Positions 61,694 to 64,000 of a stretch of 64,000 bases of DNA are shown one piece after another. The notes under the pieces are model-generated. The model saw nothing but the letters and a program-made list of their open reading frames with translations. It had not been told where the DNA came from and did no database searches. Each line of letters begins with the position of its first letter. Position 1 is the first letter of the stretch. The DNA is taken from positions 1,792,001-1,856,000 of the forward strand of contig OZ244650.1 of the NCBI GenBank assembly GCA_965218785.1, read 5' to 3'. Source of the stretch: Nitrosopumilus sp. (GTDB lineage: Archaea; Thermoproteota; Nitrososphaeria; Nitrososphaerales; Nitrosopumilaceae). A program made the position numbers and the translations under genes.

Positions 61694-63787
61694 TCAGACG
61701 ATATATGGCGACTTGCACTGTGGGCACTTGTCTTCAAATGGCTCGTCTTTGAAACCACACTCGCCACATATTGCAATCCTCTTTACAGGCTTGAAGGAGG
61801 GGGTAAGGGCGGCTGTCTTTTCAATTGATTTTTTGATTAAATCGACCTTTGTGTCGTTGTCAATATTTAGTGTCACGAGTAATCCCCCATTGAGCAGCTT
61901 TGATAGCTTGTTACACTCTGAGATGGATTCGCTCTTGCTGGTATAATCGGCGACTTTGGATGCGTTAATCACCACGCCCTCAGAATAAGAATCACTTTCC
62001 ATTGAGTTGAGGGCAGAATTCTTGCCATATTTCTCGCCGTCTAGACTGGCAAAACGGTGTGAGCCCTCAGTTTCAATCATGGAAATAGTTACAGGATCGC
62101 CTAGTTCCTTGCCTTTCTTGGCTGCAACATCGACTGCAGTCTCGATGACTTTGTGAAGAATGTTACGACCTTCTTTGTTGTCTGGGAATCCAAGTATGTT
62201 AAAGACTGCTTCTTTGAGTCCCACCAAGTTTACAACAAGAGAGACAGAACTTCTTTGCATGTATTGTGTATTTTTTGCAAGAATTGGATTTAGTCCCCTC
62301 CTAGTAAGATCGGAAATATCTTTTTTTCTTAATGCCATTGAAGATAGTGCGGGTTTCATTAGTAATGCAAGTCTTGCTCTAAAGTAAGTTTCATCCTTGT
62401 TTGATTCAAAAGCAAGACGTGGAAGGTTTATGGAAACTGATTGCAGTGTTATTGAAAGTGAATCACTGTTCTTTGTAGAACCGTTTGTGACGCCATAGCT
62501 AGATATCTGACCTTTGGCAAACATTATTTTTCCACCAAGTGAGAATATTTCAGCAGCTGATTCTGAAACATCGGTAATCTTTCCCTTTTCGTGATCTATA
62601 ATCAGACCGATTTTTGGAACTGGTGTTATCTTTGTATAATTTTTGTATGCATTGATAATTGAATTGATTATTTTTGTGTCAGAGCCCAGTTGTAATCTAA
62701 TTGATATGTTGGTACTTGTTTTGTTGTATTTGGAGGTTGTAGATGCAGTTGCAAACGCATTAGTCAGTTTTTGTTCGAGTTCTGGGAGGGATTTTGAGTG
62801 TTTTGCAAACAATGAAACTAGTCCATCAAGTACAATTTCTTGTGAGGCCTCCTTTGAGAGAAGGGAGATTACGATGGATAATGAGCTTGTAATTTCATCA
62901 AGTTGTTTGGATGCAGGAATTCGTGATACATCGAGGTATTTTCCGCCAAGATCAATTCCATTTTCAATCAGTTCTTTAACGTTGACAAATACTGTATCGG
63001 GAATCATAGACCAGATTCCGGGATTGGTAATATGCAAGTCTCCAGAAAGATGCGAGTCTGCAACGTCTTTTGGTAGGATGTTAGTAAGTAGTTGTTCTGC
63101 AAACACTCTCTGTCCTGCGTTAAACAAAAGACCCTCAGCACCATTATCTATGTTATCTAGGTTTGACATCATCTCTTTGACGTCATTTACAGGCATGCCT
63201 AGGCGTGCAAGCTTGTTTCTATATTCCTCATGACCGTGTTCTAGGAGAACAGAGTTTACCATTTCTCGAATAAGCGAGCCTGTCAGATAGGTAGTCTGAT
63301 ATTTGTAGATTCTATTTTCCACCTCTTCAGTAATTTTTTGCGCAAGTTCCAACGGAAGGCTTCCCTCACGAACCAGCGATTGGATGATTTTATGGGAGTT
63401 AAATTCCTCAATGGACTCGTGTGATGTCCTAACATACATTTTTCCACTCTCAATAATTGATCTTTCTTCAATTTGCCGTGCCAGGCTCAAAACCAGCTTT
63501 CCCAGATTGGTAATGGTGTAACGTCTTTCAGATTTGTTGAGTGCAACGAGGGATTGTCTTAGTAATTTTCTCAGGTGGTATGCAAATTTGCCGCTCTCTT
63601 TTTTTGACTTGAAACCGGCCAGGGACTTTAGCTCAGAATAGGTCAAAGGACCCTTGGAATTTAAAATTCGAAGTATGTCTATTCTGTTAGGACTGGCCAT
63701 TACAGAGAAGATCATTCTTACGCGTTTTGATGTGGATTGTAATATTCCGCCTCTCTTTAATTCCGAGACTTCTTCACTTAGTTCCAT
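61694..63787 (-). CDS. ArsR-like winged helix + ATP-cone + degenerate class III RNR (NrdD)-fold fusion protein
   Basis: SPNRIDILRIL..TYSEL..FAYHLRKL..Y.IT.LG; VRTS..EEFNSHKI..IREMV; HLSGDLHI, SINLPRLA, RFASLD..KYG, CGECG..CPQC; no RxxGY glycyl loop. Confidence 0.9.
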   Translation of the reverse strand: MELSEEVSELKRGGILQSTSKRVRMIFSVMASPNRIDILRILNSKGPLTYSELKSLAGFKSKKESGKFAYHLRKLLRQSLVALNKSERRYTITNLGKLVLSLARQIEERSIIESGKMYVRTSHESIEEFNSHKIIQSLVREGSLPLELAQKITEEVENRIYKYQTTYLTGSLIREMVNSVLLEHGHEEYRNKLARLGMPVNDVKEMMSNLDNIDNGAEGLLFNAGQRVFAEQLLTNILPKDVADSHLSGDLHITNPGIWSMIPDTVFVNVKELIENGIDLGGKYLDVSRIPASKQLDEITSSLSIVISLLSKEASQEIVLDGLVSLFAKHSKSLPELEQKLTNAFATASTTSKYNKTSTNISIRLQLGSDTKIINSIINAYKNYTKITPVPKIGLIIDHEKGKITDVSESAAEIFSLGGKIMFAKGQISSYGVTNGSTKNSDSLSITLQSVSINLPRLAFESNKDETYFRARLALLMKPALSSMALRKKDISDLTRRGLNPILAKNTQYMQRSSVSLVVNLVGLKEAVFNILGFPDNKEGRNILHKVIETAVDVAAKKGKELGDPVTISMIETEGSHRFASLDGEKYGKNSALNSMESDSYSEGVVINASKVADYTSKSESISECNKLSKLLNGGLLVTLNIDNDTKVDLIKKSIEKTAALTPSFKPVKRIAICGECGFKDEPFEDKCPQCKSPYIV

Positions 63788-64000
63788 GCATTTTTCTAAA
63801 TGTGGGAGTAAATAAGACTTATGACTAGATCATTTGATATGATTTTTGATCAAATTTGTCATTAAAGAATAATAATTTGTAATATCAGCGATCTAATTTT
63901 AAAAAATTATAAAAGCGATCTTGTTTGGAGATCATTTGGGATCAGTTTTCATGTACATCAAGTGAGAACTCTGATGTAGAAAGTTTTTGTCCACATGAGG

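Noticed and set aside
61694-63787. Functional anaerobic RNR (nrdD)
   Set aside because: No glycyl-radical motif, no catalytic Cys, no activase in the window

Overview
Core-chromosome segment of an ammonia-oxidising archaeon (Nitrososphaerota, Nitrosopumilus-like; inferred from gene content and protein sequences). It holds the heme-copper oxidase operon, three tRNAs (Lys-CTT, initiator Met-CAT with a D-loop BHB intron, Gly-TCC), mevalonate, purine, pterin, cobalamin and riboflavin genes, translation and RNA-processing genes, a block of small hypothetical genes (35.3-39.3 kb) and a class II ribonucleotide reductase. The best candidate for an uncharacterised system is the gene directly upstream of nrdJ: a winged-helix + ATP-cone + class III RNR (NrdD)-fold fusion that lacks the catalytic cysteines and the glycyl-radical loop. 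It may be an RNR-derived nucleotide-sensing transcription regulator, and paired palindromes lie in the nrdJ promoter region. Other items of note: a deaminase-type amidohydrolase inside the riboflavin operon, a CobQ without a glutaminase domain, two paralogous phasin/apolipoprotein-like helical proteins flanking a repeat-rich protein, a dispersed ~115-bp element that supplies the hmgA stop codon, a 17-codon bridging micro-ORF in the cox operon, a frameshifted pheA and several decayed intergenic tracts. No CRISPR array, rRNA, integrase or intact transposase was seen. All family assignments come from motif recognition, not database searches.
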